Positions 1 through 9,590 of a stretch of 64,000 bases of DNA are shown here, piece by piece. A model generated the notes under the pieces. The model was not told the DNA's origin, ran no database searches, and saw only the letters and a list, made by a program, of their open reading frames with translations. Every line of letters starts with the position of its first letter. The first letter of the stretch is position 1. This DNA comes from an uncultured virus (IMG/VR IMGVR_UViG_3300036790_000345) (Duplodnaviria > Heunggongvirae > Uroviricota > Caudoviricetes). The DNA lies in the IMG/VR virus record IMGVR_UViG_3300036790_000345. One strand, given 5' to 3'. A program made the translations under genes and the position numbers.

Positions 1-1032
1 TACGTCCAGCACAAGACGTTCACCGGCGGCGTCGTCACCTGGCAGAACGGCGCCTACCAGGTCGGCGGATGGTTCCGGCTATACGGCAACATCAACTCCA
101 GTGCCAGCCCGTTCACTGAGGCTGTGGTCACGCTCACCGGCCAGGCCCCGGCCGGCCACACCGCGTCGTTCTCGGGGCTGGACTGCGGGATTGACATCAA
201 CGTCGAGTCGGATGAGGGCCTGGCGCACACGTTCCAGACGATCCACTTCGGCAGCGTCAACAACACGATCAGCGGGTTCGGCAGCATCGACTTCGGATCC
301 GGCAACCAGTTCGGCCAGTCGAACGTCACCAGCGTGTCCAGCCAGTTCACATTCACCGGGCGGGTCATCGGCGACTCGTCTTTGAGCGAGTTCACCGTTC
401 CGGGCCGGATGGCCGTCAACTCGTCGGCGAGTTTCTTTAGCAGCCTGTTCCTAGGCGAGATCTCCGCGCCGTCCACGCCGACGGGCGGCGGCTACTTCTA
501 CGTCGATGCCAGCGGCAACGCGCATTACCTCGGCCCCGGTGGCCAGGACACTACCCTGGCCAACTCGGGGTCGGCGCTGGTGGTGTCCGGCCAGTACCTG
601 GCCGCCACGTCATACGCCCCCGTGTCAGCCACGTCCCTGTCGACCACATCAGCGACCCTGGCCGCCGCATCCAGTTCGAACGTCAACACGGGCAGCTTCA
701 CCGCGCCGCCGTCCGGCAAGGTTCTGGTGGCCGTGAGCTGCGTGCTCCAGCTCACCTCATCGGACGTGGCCGGGTTCGCGCTGGCCGCGCACGGCACCGT
801 GACGCCCGTGGTGGGCAACGTGATCACGGCTGATTCATCGTCCCTGACGAACGAGTTCCCATCCCAGCTGAATTTCCTGGTCACAGGGCTCACGCCGGGC
901 ACGTCGTACAACTTTGACCTGTTGTTCGCGACGGCGGCGGGCACGCTGCGGATCCTTGCGATAGGTCAGACCGGCACCACGCCGACTGGAAGCACGGGCG
1001 CGCCAGTACTAATGACCGTTCAGGCCGTTTAG
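1..1032 (+). CDS. Phage tail fibre/virion structural protein, C-terminal part (5' truncated by window)
   Basis: Frame open from base 1 through the 124..1032 ORF; Gly/Ser/Thr-rich sequence; directly upstream of a minor tail gene. Confidence 0.6.
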   Translation, partial: YVQHKTFTGGVVTWQNGAYQVGGWFRLYGNINSSASPFTEAVVTLTGQAPAGHTASFSGLDCGIDINVESDEGLAHTFQTIHFGSVNNTISGFGSIDFGSGNQFGQSNVTSVSSQFTFTGRVIGDSSLSEFTVPGRMAVNSSASFFSSLFLGEISAPSTPTGGGYFYVDASGNAHYLGPGGQDTTLANSGSALVVSGQYLAATSYAPVSATSLSTTSATLAAASSSNVNTGSFTAPPSGKVLVAVSCVLQLTSSDVAGFALAAHGTVTPVVGNVITADSSSLTNEFPSQLNFLVTGLTPGTSYNFDLLFATAAGTLRILAIGQTGTTPTGSTGAPVLMTVQAV

Positions 1033-1048
1033 TCACTAACCGAGAGGA

Positions 1049-1417
1049 TTGACTCTAGTGTCAGGTGTCAGCCAAACAAGCCAGTTCCTTGAATACCCGA
1101 TGTTCTTTGTAGAGATAGGTCTTAGTTCATCGGACCAGCCGGTCATCAGCTTCTGGATAAGTAGTTATGGCGGCGATGCGAACAACCCCGAGGGTGGCGA
1201 ATACCCGTGCCTTCAGGGGACCGGGCCGACCAACAACGGGAACGGCAACACGTCGCCGAACTTCTACGGCAGCGGAGCCTTCACGTCGCTGCTGAGCGCG
1301 GTCAAGACGTGGGCGGAGGGATACGACTGGGCCACATTCACGAGCAATGAGGAGAACATGTATCAGTCGATCACGATCACGGAGTACGCCGAGACATCTA
1401 CCAACGTCACTCCCTGA
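1049..1417 (+). CDS. Hypothetical protein in tail region, visibly lower GC
   Basis: 122-aa ORF preceded by GAGAGGA; start codon uncertain. Confidence 0.5.
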   Translation: MTLVSGVSQTSQFLEYPMFFVEIGLSSSDQPVISFWISSYGGDANNPEGGEYPCLQGTGPTNNGNGNTSPNFYGSGAFTSLLSAVKTWAEGYDWATFTSNEENMYQSITITEYAETSTNVTP

Positions 1418-1433
1418 CCGGCAACCCGAAACG

Positions 1434-1559
1434 ATGTTGACCTGTGTGATGTTCGCCGTCGGCGGCGGCGCCACGCTCACCGTCTACTACGGCAACTCGG
1501 GGACACTGAGCGGCGCCGACCGGGGCACGCAGATCATCATGACGGTGCAGGCGGTGTGA
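1434..1559 (+). pseudogene. Orphan alternative C-terminus of the upstream tail protein
   Basis: Ends TQIIMTVQAV* versus APVLMTVQAV* at 1032; MFAVGGGATL resembles LFATAAGTL; stop lies just before the ATG at 1561. Confidence 0.55.
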
Positions 1560-1560
1560 C

Positions 1561-4383
1561 ATGCCGCTCTACAGCGACACCTACCCGCCGGTCTACTACG
1601 ACGGCTACGGCACCCCGTTCCCCGCCGCCCCGCTCGACGTCCGCCTTGAACTCAACCTCGCGGGCTGGACCGGTATCACGACCTTCGCCTATCAGCGCGA
1701 GGGCACCAGCCCGCCCATGAGCATCACCCGGGGCCGGCCCGACGAGAAAACCACCTGCAGCCCGGCCGCGTACGCCGGAACCTGGAATAACCGCGACGGC
1801 CGGTTCACCGCCCGCAACCCCACCGGGCCGTACTACGGGCTCCTCGGCAAGAACACGCCGCTGCGGGTCTCGGTGCCCAACAACGCCGTCACCTACCTGC
1901 GGACCGCCGACGACAACCAGTCCGCCTGCTCCGCCCCGGACGCCACGGCGCTTCAGATCACCGGGGACATCGACATCCGCATCGACCTCGACCCCGACGA
2001 CTGGCAGGCCTGCACCCTCGCCGGGAAGTGGGGCGGCTCGACAGCGCTCTGGGCGTGGTGCCTGACCCTGAACGGCGACGGCACCCTCACCCTGTACTGG
2101 TACGACGGCTCGAACGTCAACTCGGCGTCGACGGCGGGGCTCGGCGTGCTGCCGCTGGGCCGGTCCATGATCCGTGCCGCCCTCGACGCCAGCACCGGTG
2201 ACGTGTCCTGGTACACCGCCCCGGACATGGCCGGGTCGCAGACCCTGATCGGCACCACCACCGGGGCCGGCGCCACCACCGTCCAGGGCGCCGCCGGGCA
2301 GGGCATCGACATCGGCTACGTGGCGGGGTTCATCGGCCAGGGCCTGCCCGCCGGGAACTCCGGGCTGCTCGGCAAGGTCTACGAGTTCGCGCTCTACGAT
2401 TCGTCCGCCACGCTCGTGGCCGACCCGCAGTTCACCGCCCAGACCCCGGGTTCCGCCTCGTTCACCGACGGGCAGGGCAACACGTGGACCCCCGGCGGCA
2501 CGTCGGAGGTGTCCGACCGGTCCTACCGCGGCCACTTCGAGTGCTCCAGCCTGCCCAAACGCTGGGACCCCGCCGGCACCGACTTCTGGGTTCCCGTCGC
2601 CGCGTCCGGCGTGCTGCGCCGCCTGTCCCAGAACAACTCGCCCGTCCTGTCGGCGATGCGCCGCGGCGTCACCTTGAGCATCGCCAGCTTCGTGCCCGGC
2701 GCGCTGCTCGGCTACTGGCCGGGCGAGGACTCGCAAGGCTCCACGCAGATCGCGTCGGGTCTCCCCGGCGGGCAGCCCATGGGCTTCTCCGGCGCCCCCG
2801 GGTTCCAGGGCCAGGCCGGATCCCCGTCCGCCGACTCGGTGTTCGCCTGCTCGGCGCAGCTCGCCCAGATCCAGAACAGCTCCTGGTCGTTCACCGTCCC
2901 CGGCCACACCGCCGGCGGCAGCGGCGACGCCGCCGCGTTCCTGCTCACCATCCCGTCGGGCACCCCTGCCGCCGAACTCATCCGCTTCGACCTGTCCGGC
3001 GGCGACTACGTCGCCCTCACCTACGACACCGCCTCCGGCGGCAACCTGTCCGTCGAAGGCCCCGGCCTGCTGTTCTCCGGGCCCGCGGGGGTCGACGGGC
3101 AGGCGTACTGGGTGCAGATCGGCACCACCACCGGGATCACTGGCCTGGAGATCCTGGCCGCCGGCGAGACGGCGTCGACGGCGTACACGGCGAACCTGGG
3201 GTTCGCGGAAACCATCACCGGCGGCCGGGTCAACCGGTACTCCGCCGCCCTGGGCGCCACCGAGATCGGCCACCTGTGGGTGAGCAACGCCGCGCCGTCG
3301 CTCGAAGCGTTCGCTAGCCTGCTCAGCGCGTGGGACGGGGAGACTGCCGCGGCCAGGTTCGCCCGGCTGTGCGGCGAGAACAGCCTCACCGCCCGCATCT
3401 ACGGCTACCCGGACGCCTCGGCCGCGATGCAGGCCCAGCAGATCGACACCCTCTCCACGCTCCTGCAGTCCTGCGAGGACGCCGACCGCGGCCTGATCTA
3501 CGAGCCGGCCGAAACCCTCGGCCTCGGCTACCGGACGAACGCTTCCCTGTGCGCTCAGGACCCGGCCGTCACCTTCGACTACTCGGCAGCGCACCTCGGC
3601 ACCAGCGATAGCGACCCCGGCCTCGAACCCGACGACGACGATCAGTACACCCTCAACGACGCGATCCTCTCCCGCAACAACGGGTCCAGCTACCAGGCGC
3701 AGGTCACCACCGGGCCGCTGTCCGTGCTGCCGCCAGAGGAAGGCGGTGCCGGGGACTACTCCACGTCGCTGACGGTGTACTGCCAGACCGACGGGCAGCT
3801 GCCCGACATCGCCTGGTGGATGACCCACGCGGGCACGAGCGAAGCGGAACGCTACCCGGCGATCCCGCTCAACCTCGCCCGGGGCGCGCTCAACTCGCTG
3901 CTCAGCGACATCCTGAACACCCGGATCGGCGATTACGCCCAGATCATCAGCCTGCCCGCGCAGCAGCCGCCCGGCCCGGCGAAGCAGCTGGTCTACGGCA
4001 CGGAGGAGAAGCTCGGCGGGTTCTGGTACCTGGCGTCGTGGAACGCAGTGCCGGAAGACCCGTACGAAGTGATCGTCCTCGACGACGACACCCTCGGCCG
4101 TCTCGACACCGACGGGGCCACGCTGGCCGCCTCGGTATCACCCACGGCCACCACACTGTCCGTCGCGACGACGAACCCGGATTCGCCGCTGTGGACCACC
4201 GACCCGTCCGACTGCCCGTTCGACATCGGTACCGGCGGCGAGCAGATCACCGTGACCGCCGTCACCGGCTCGGCCTCGCCGCAGTCGTTCACCGTGGTCC
4301 GCTCGGTCAATTCTGTTGTAAAATCTCAGTCAGCAGGCGCCTCCGTCAGCCTGTTTCACGCCCCCGTTCTTGCGCTGGCTTGA
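1561..4383 (+). CDS. Phage minor tail protein (940 aa, actinophage type)
   Basis: N-terminal ITRGRPDE...NNRDGRFTARNPTGPYYGLLGKNTPLRVSV and C-terminal GGEQITVTAV...FTVVRSVN motifs typical of Streptomyces-type phage tail proteins. Confidence 0.8.
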   Translation: MPLYSDTYPPVYYDGYGTPFPAAPLDVRLELNLAGWTGITTFAYQREGTSPPMSITRGRPDEKTTCSPAAYAGTWNNRDGRFTARNPTGPYYGLLGKNTPLRVSVPNNAVTYLRTADDNQSACSAPDATALQITGDIDIRIDLDPDDWQACTLAGKWGGSTALWAWCLTLNGDGTLTLYWYDGSNVNSASTAGLGVLPLGRSMIRAALDASTGDVSWYTAPDMAGSQTLIGTTTGAGATTVQGAAGQGIDIGYVAGFIGQGLPAGNSGLLGKVYEFALYDSSATLVADPQFTAQTPGSASFTDGQGNTWTPGGTSEVSDRSYRGHFECSSLPKRWDPAGTDFWVPVAASGVLRRLSQNNSPVLSAMRRGVTLSIASFVPGALLGYWPGEDSQGSTQIASGLPGGQPMGFSGAPGFQGQAGSPSADSVFACSAQLAQIQNSSWSFTVPGHTAGGSGDAAAFLLTIPSGTPAAELIRFDLSGGDYVALTYDTASGGNLSVEGPGLLFSGPAGVDGQAYWVQIGTTTGITGLEILAAGETASTAYTANLGFAETITGGRVNRYSAALGATEIGHLWVSNAAPSLEAFASLLSAWDGETAAARFARLCGENSLTARIYGYPDASAAMQAQQIDTLSTLLQSCEDADRGLIYEPAETLGLGYRTNASLCAQDPAVTFDYSAAHLGTSDSDPGLEPDDDDQYTLNDAILSRNNGSSYQAQVTTGPLSVLPPEEGGAGDYSTSLTVYCQTDGQLPDIAWWMTHAGTSEAERYPAIPLNLARGALNSLLSDILNTRIGDYAQIISLPAQQPPGPAKQLVYGTEEKLGGFWYLASWNAVPEDPYEVIVLDDDTLGRLDTDGATLAASVSPTATTLSVATTNPDSPLWTTDPSDCPFDIGTGGEQITVTAVTGSASPQSFTVVRSVNSVVKSQSAGASVSLFHAPVLALA

Positions 4384-4393
4384 GGTGCTATTC

Positions 4394-4939
4394 ATGGATG
4401 CTGTGGCTGAAAGGTTCTGGAGCAAGGTTGACGCTTCCGGAATCTGCTGGGAATGGAAGGCGGCAAAGGCTCGCGGCTACGGGCGCTTCGGGGTCGGCAG
4501 CAAGGTAGTACTTGCACACCGCTGGGCGTGGCTGAACCTCGTGGGCCCGATTGGTGAGGGCCTGGAGCTCGACCACCTGTGCCGCAACCGGGCCTGCGTG
4601 AACCCGGATCACATGCAGCCGGTAACCCACACTGAGAACGTACGACGCGGATATGGCGGATGGAACACCGCCAGTAAGACTCATTGCCCTCAGGGGCATC
4701 TCTATGCGGGCGATAATCTCATGATTAGCAGTGGCCGGAGGTACTGCCGAGCGTGTCACCGTGCACAGGGCCGCGCCAACTACAAATCCAAGCCGCGCGC
4801 GTACGACACTCACTGCCCTCAGGGGCATGAGTTCACGGAAGAGAACACCGGGCATCGCAGCAACGGTCACCGCTATTGCCGCGCCTGTAATCGCAAGCGA
4901 GGTAATGAGCGCTACGCCGCAATAAGGGCGGCGGGCTGA
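4394..4939 (+). CDS. HNH endonuclease with two C-terminal THCPQGH...YCRAC zinc-finger repeats
   Basis: RFWSKVD..CWEW..GYG..AHRWAW..LDHLCRNRACVNPDH..EN; GAGGTG RBS before ATG 4394. Confidence 0.9.
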   Translation: MDAVAERFWSKVDASGICWEWKAAKARGYGRFGVGSKVVLAHRWAWLNLVGPIGEGLELDHLCRNRACVNPDHMQPVTHTENVRRGYGGWNTASKTHCPQGHLYAGDNLMISSGRRYCRACHRAQGRANYKSKPRAYDTHCPQGHEFTEENTGHRSNGHRYCRACNRKRGNERYAAIRAAG

Positions 4940-4941
4940 CC

Positions 4942-5430
4942 ATGACCTTCTTCGCGGGCCAGAAACTCACCGCCGCGGCCCTGCGCGCGGCCATCCCGCA
5001 GCTGCAGAAGGTCACCGTCGACCAGCTCATCAACTCGACCAGCCAGGCCGCGGTGCTGTCGTTCCCGGTGATCCCGGGGACCTACGTGCTGTCGGGCCGG
5101 TTCACCTGGGTTCAGGGTGCCACCCAGGCCGTGCAGGCGCTGCGGCTGACCGGGCCGACGGCGACGCTGATCTCGGTGCGGCTGAAGGAAACCGAGCTCG
5201 CGGCCGGAGGCGAGTCGACCTTCGGCAACGGCCTGGTCACCGCCTACAACACCGACCTGTCCGGGGCGTCCGGCGGCCAGCCCGCCACCACGACCGTGGC
5301 GTGGGACTTCGACGGGATCGTGGTGCTGTCCGCGGCGGGGACGCTCGGTATCGCGGCCCGGTGCGTCACCTCGGGCAGCGACACGTTCACGATCAAGGCC
5401 GGGTCGTCGGCGCAGCTGGTGCAGGGCTGA
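4942..5430 (+). CDS. Putative tail-associated protein
   Basis: MTFFAGQKLTAAAL start typical of actinophage tail accessory proteins; position in the late operon. Confidence 0.55.
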   Translation: MTFFAGQKLTAAALRAAIPQLQKVTVDQLINSTSQAAVLSFPVIPGTYVLSGRFTWVQGATQAVQALRLTGPTATLISVRLKETELAAGGESTFGNGLVTAYNTDLSGASGGQPATTTVAWDFDGIVVLSAAGTLGIAARCVTSGSDTFTIKAGSSAQLVQG

Positions 5431-5563
5431 CAGTGACTGCTCTGACGGCTGAAGCCGCCAGCTTCTCAGGCTGCATGAGCCTGACCAGAGCCCAGTCCGG
5501 CCCTGGTGTAGATATGGACGAGGCAACCGCGGCTCCGGACCCCGGCCGCTCGTAGGGAGTGAC

Positions 5564-5818
5564 GTGAGCCGATGGTTTTTGCTGAAAGACATCCTGCTGA
5601 CCGGGACGGGCGTGGCCGTGATCTTCAGCCAGGTCCTGTCGGCACACCCGGACGGGCTGCTGCTGGGCACGGGCCTGGCGCTCACCGTGCCGACGATCGC
5701 CGACCACGTGAAGGCACTGCTGCCCTCTTCTGGCGGTGGGGGATCCTCACCGTCATCGCCGCCGCCGACACCGCGGCCATCGCAGCCATCGCAGCGGGAG
5801 GGGTCCACTGGTGAGTGA
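5564..5818 (+). CDS. Small two-TM membrane protein, possible holin
   Basis: Two hydrophobic segments; upstream of the endolysin. Confidence 0.45.
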   Translation: MSRWFLLKDILLTGTGVAVIFSQVLSAHPDGLLLGTGLALTVPTIADHVKALLPSSGGGGSSPSSPPPTPRPSQPSQREGSTGE

Positions 5819-6173
5819 TGAGCAGTCCGAGTTCGTGATGCGCTACAGCGGCGGCGCGCCGCCGGGGCCGAAGGGCGACAAGGGCGAGCAGGGGGCGCTG
5901 CCCGCGCGGGCGCGCCGGTCCCTGCTCGCCCGCGACATCGTGATCATCTGCCTGCTGCTGCTGAATTTCCTGTTCACCGCCCACTACGTGAACAGCCAGC
6001 AGTCGGCGGCGCAGCGCGCCGGGGCGAAGGTGATCGCGAAGGTGTGCGCGGGGTTCGCGCGGCTGGCGGCGGAGAAACCCCCGGCGGGCAATCCGGCGAC
6101 GAACCCGTCGCGGGCGTTCGACCAGGGGCAGCACGCGACGCTGGTCGGCATCGGCGCCGACCTGTGCCGGTGA
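5811..6173 (+). CDS. Membrane protein of lysis cassette with short collagen-like GPKGDKGEQG
   Basis: GTG start overlapping previous gene; one TM helix. Confidence 0.5.
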   Translation: MSDEQSEFVMRYSGGAPPGPKGDKGEQGALPARARRSLLARDIVIICLLLLNFLFTAHYVNSQQSAAQRAGAKVIAKVCAGFARLAAEKPPAGNPATNPSRAFDQGQHATLVGIGADLCR

Positions 6174-6192
6174 AGCGATTAAGGAGACGGTT

Positions 6193-6480
6193 ATGAAGCC
6201 AAGCGTCGGACGCATCGTGCACTACGTCAGCTACGGCACCCCGGGCGGCGAGTACGCCAGCGAGTGCCGGGCTGCCGTCGTCACCGAGGTTGACCCGGTC
6301 TTGCAGCCAGAAGGCACGATGAGCGTCGGCCTGTGCGTGCTGAACCCGGCTGGCCAGTTCTTCAACCGGCACGTGCACTACCACGAGGGTGATGTCGGCC
6401 ACGATCACACCGGGGTTGAAATCCCGGAGCGAGCCTACCGGGGTGGCTCCTGGCACTGGCCGGAGCGGGTGGGCGAGTGA
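6193..6480 (+). CDS. Conserved phage hypothetical protein (KPSVGRIVHY type)
   Basis: AAGGAG RBS; recognisable N-terminal motif. Confidence 0.65.
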   Translation: MKPSVGRIVHYVSYGTPGGEYASECRAAVVTEVDPVLQPEGTMSVGLCVLNPAGQFFNRHVHYHEGDVGHDHTGVEIPERAYRGGSWHWPERVGE

Positions 6481-7235
6481 GCGGGGAACTGTCCGTCGAC
6501 TACTCGTGGGCGCGGCCCGCGCCAGCCGCGATCCGCGCCGCCGGCTACGCCGGCGTCTGGCGGTACCTTTCGGGCGGCACCGCAGGCAAAGACCTCACCA
6601 AAGAAGAGGCCGCAGCCCTGCACGGGGCCGGGCTCGGCATCGGGTGCGTGTGGGAGACCACCGCCCGGCGGGCCACCGAAGGCGCGGCGGCCGGGACTGC
6701 GGACGGGAAGGGCGCCGCGGCGCAGGCCCGGTCGGTGGGCTTGCCGCAAGGCTGCCCGCTGCTGGTCAACGTCGGCGACTTCGCAGGCGCCAGCGCCCAG
6801 CTCGACGTGATCGAGGCCTACTACCACGCCTTCCGCGCGGAGACCGAGGCCACCTGGCAGACCGGCGGGTACGCCACCGCGTTCATCATCGCCGGCCTCG
6901 GTCTCCGCGGCGCGCAGGGCCTCTGGTGGCAGAACGCGATGGACGACGGCGGGGTACCCGGCGACGTGGTGAGCCCGCACGCGAGCCTGTACCAGCGGGT
7001 GCGGCCGACACGCTCTATCGCAGGGAGCAAGGCCGGGGACTGGGACGAGGACATCGCCGTGGGCGGGGTGGCGGTGAACTGGTGGCGGCCGGCCGGCGCC
7101 CCTGCGCCGAAGCCAGCACCGTCACCCGCCCCCAAGCCCGCGGCGATCGAGGGTTACGTGGTCTACCCCGGGTCAGCGGGAGGGTACGCGGGGCGGGCAG
7201 TCACCTCGGCCGACGCGGGGAAAACCTGGGCCTGA
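6477..7235 (+). CDS. DUF1906/GH25-like glycoside hydrolase, putative endolysin
   Basis: VDYSWARP..IRAAGY.GVWRYLS...KDLT..EA..LH.AGL.I..VWET motif; end of late operon. Confidence 0.8.
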   Translation: MSGELSVDYSWARPAPAAIRAAGYAGVWRYLSGGTAGKDLTKEEAAALHGAGLGIGCVWETTARRATEGAAAGTADGKGAAAQARSVGLPQGCPLLVNVGDFAGASAQLDVIEAYYHAFRAETEATWQTGGYATAFIIAGLGLRGAQGLWWQNAMDDGGVPGDVVSPHASLYQRVRPTRSIAGSKAGDWDEDIAVGGVAVNWWRPAGAPAPKPAPSPAPKPAAIEGYVVYPGSAGGYAGRAVTSADAGKTWA

Positions 7236-7246
7236 CGCGCCGGCTG

Positions 7247-7498
7247 TCAGCGGTCCGGCACCGTCGCCAGCGCCGCATGCAGCTCGCCGGACGTGAGCAG
7301 CCCCGACCGCTGCTCCCACATCTCCCATGCCGCCACGTGCTTCGGGAAGCCCGCGCGCAGCCGGGCACGGTTACCGGGGTCGGCCTTGGCGATCAGCCGC
7401 AGCAGGTCGCCCGTGAACGAGGTCAGGTCGCCGCCGAGCGCCAGGCACAGCTCGTGCCAGGTCTCGACCTTGTGGTCACCGGGGAGCACGCTTCTCAT
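7247..7498 (-). CDS. Hypothetical protein
   Basis: 83-aa ORF with GAGAGGA RBS, SFTGDLLRLIAKADPGNRARL. Confidence 0.55.
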   Translation of the reverse strand: MRSVLPGDHKVETWHELCLALGGDLTSFTGDLLRLIAKADPGNRARLRAGFPKHVAAWEMWEQRSGLLTSGELHAALATVPDR

Positions 7499-7545
7499 CG
7501 CCGCATCCTCTCACCGGACCCGGGGCTGCTCGCCCGTGGGCATGG

Positions 7546-8580
7546 TCATGCCCGCTGGCTCATCGGCACGACGGTCCGCTTCTGCCTCGCCATTTTCAGC
7601 GCCTCAGCGGCCTTCTCCGTGGACACGTGAAGATCGCGCTTCACCCGCGCCTGGGAGACGTTCCCGTATGCCCGCAGCATCGCCGAGACGTGAGGCTCGA
7701 GGTCAGCCGGGGACATGTTCCGGGACTTGCTCGCGGCGAGCCTCAGCGCAGGGCCGGAAGCTTGCGCGGGCCGTGCTCCCGGGCGCGCCCCGGAACTCGC
7801 TGCGGGACGTGTCCCGGGCACCGCGTCAGGCTCGCTCCGCGGGGTGCCTCCGGGTGCGCCCGCAGGCGGCCCTGAAGCGGCCCCGATCGCCTGCTCCTCG
7901 GCTGCCATCCGGGCGGCCAGCGCGGCGTTACGGGTCAGGCTCCGGACAACCCACTTCTCCACGGGCTCCTCCCACTTCGCCGCCCCGCCGAAGGATGCGC
8001 CGTCCCTGATCGCAGCGGCCACGGCGGCCGGCGGGCGGGAGTGGCGGATCTGGATCCGCAGCAGCGCCGGGGCGTGCCAGCGGCGCCAGCCCACCCGCGA
8101 GCGCACCAGGTCCGAGGCATACCGCATGGCCGCCTTCATTTCCTCGTCGGTGCGCACGTCCTCGTCAGAGACCGACATCGCCCGGATGGCCTGCTCGCCG
8201 GCGACGATCGGCACGAAGAACGCCAGGGTCACCGCGCCGTACCCGATGGACAGCAGGACGCTGCCGTGGCCGCCCCAGATGTTCAGCGCCAGGGACATCG
8301 CGGCGAAAAGGAACGGCGCCCAGCGCAGCCACATCTGGGGCTTGCGGGCCAGCAGCAGCAGCACGTCGAGCAGGAACAGGAACAGGAAGCTGCCCTCAGT
8401 CGCGGCGGGGACGATCCATGACCGGCTGCCCATCCCGGGCAGCAGCAGGTGCCGCACGTTAGCGAACATGTCGGCGAAGAACAGCGGCGAGAGGCCGACG
8501 CCGACCAGGATGACGAGAACGCGCATGGACCGCCATCCGCGGGAGCGCGCCTCGCGTGCGTGGGTTGGCATGCCGTTCAT
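7546..8580 (-). CDS. Multi-TM membrane protein with C-terminal HTH-like segment (DUF2637/Spd-like spread protein)
   Basis: About four N-terminal TM helices, Pro/Ala linker, C-terminal VSQARVKRDLHVSTEKAAEAL; downstream of the TraB-like gene. Confidence 0.6.
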   Translation of the reverse strand: MNGMPTHAREARSRGWRSMRVLVILVGVGLSPLFFADMFANVRHLLLPGMGSRSWIVPAATEGSFLFLFLLDVLLLLARKPQMWLRWAPFLFAAMSLALNIWGGHGSVLLSIGYGAVTLAFFVPIVAGEQAIRAMSVSDEDVRTDEEMKAAMRYASDLVRSRVGWRRWHAPALLRIQIRHSRPPAAVAAAIRDGASFGGAAKWEEPVEKWVVRSLTRNAALAARMAAEEQAIGAASGPPAGAPGGTPRSEPDAVPGTRPAASSGARPGARPAQASGPALRLAASKSRNMSPADLEPHVSAMLRAYGNVSQARVKRDLHVSTEKAAEALKMARQKRTVVPMSQRA

Positions 8581-8657
8581 ACTGACACTTCTCCCTGCGA
8601 TAAAGGGGGAATGTTCCCCGGGGGCCGGGTGTGTCACAGGTGGGTGTCCCGGCCAGT

Positions 8658-9590
8658 TCAGCGAGAGCGTCCTTTCCGGGGAGCGCGCTCGCGGTTGACG
8701 AGATCGGCGGGGTAGCGGTAGTGCGGGCGGTCACGTTCGGTCACTTTTGGGGGGTTACGCTCTGCGACATCCGGGGTCTCAGGTGTCCTAGTTTGTCCTA
8801 GCTTGTGGTGCTGGGAGGGCCGCCCGAAGGGCGCTGTTGCGGCCCTCCCAGCTTGGTCCGGTGACGGTGCGTCACGCCGCATCCGCGCACGGATCCCGGC
8901 CGTCACCCGCTGTAGCCGTCCCCGGCGCTGCGCCCATGCCTGCTCCTTCGTCCCGGTGTAGCCGCCGTGCTTCTGGGCCAGCGAGAACACCCAGTCGGTG
9001 CCCTTGTAGCCGAAGCGCTCCGCGACCTTCTGCAGGTTCTCGCCCGCTCGCAGCATGTCGCCGGCGTCGCGGCCGACCTGCTCGACGCACGGAACGCACC
9101 GCTTGCCAGGGTTGCGGGTCTTGCCGCCGCAGTGCTCATAGTTGATGCAGTCGTGCTGCGGCGGCGGCACCGGGAGCGGGCGTCCGCCGTTGTTGCGGAC
9201 CTTGTCCTGGTGCTGCTTAGGCCCGTCGCCCGTGAACAGGTTGCCGCCGCGAGCCCGCGACTCCTCCTCGGTGGCGCCGGGCCTCCACTTGTTGTTTGTC
9301 CCGCGATCGTCGTAATGACGTGATTGCAGGCCGTCCGGGATCGGCTTTCCCCTGAACTCGAAGTTCTCCAGCACCACCCGGTGCGCCTGGCGGGTCACGC
9401 GCTTGCCCTGCGCGTTGACGTACTTCACCAGGACGTAGCCGTCCTTGGTGGTGGTCGTGGCGACCGGGCCGCCCTTGAGGTGGCGCCCTGACGGGCTCAC
9501 GCGGTCGCCGACGCGGAAGTTGCCGTCCCAGCTGACCTCGAGGTCCGGGCCGTCCCAGACCGGCGTCCAGCGCTCGGGTTCCTCGCTCAC
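8658..9590 (-). CDS. NUMOD4/HNH-type endonuclease-like protein
   Basis: ERWTPV..LEVSWDGNFR..KDGYVLV..AHRVVLENF..RHYDD..NN; GTG start overlaps the traB-like stop. Confidence 0.65.
   Translation of the reverse strand: MSEEPERWTPVWDGPDLEVSWDGNFRVGDRVSPSGRHLKGGPVATTTTKDGYVLVKYVNAQGKRVTRQAHRVVLENFEFRGKPIPDGLQSRHYDDRGTNNKWRPGATEEESRARGGNLFTGDGPKQHQDKVRNNGGRPLPVPPPQHDCINYEHCGGKTRNPGKRCVPCVEQVGRDAGDMLRAGENLQKVAERFGYKGTDWVFSLAQKHGGYTGTKEQAWAQRRGRLQRVTAGIRARMRRDAPSPDQAGRAATAPFGRPSQHHKLGQTRTPETPDVAERNPPKVTERDRPHYRYPADLVNRERAPRKGRSR

Noticed and set aside
914..1559. Diversity-generating retroelement or shufflon at the tail gene
   Set aside because: No reverse transcriptase or adjacent invertase; the two ends are in direct orientation and differ at many non-adenine positions
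1537..3828. Long antisense ORFs (e.g. 1537-3828, 12279-14237, 16423-18048, 38648-39817)
   Set aside because: Shadow frames of real high-GC genes; Arg/Gly/Pro-rich with no recognisable motifs
7740..7880. GCxCCCGG-like short repeats as a TraB clt locus
   Set aside because: Too degenerate, and explainable by the Pro/Gly/Ala linker coding sequence
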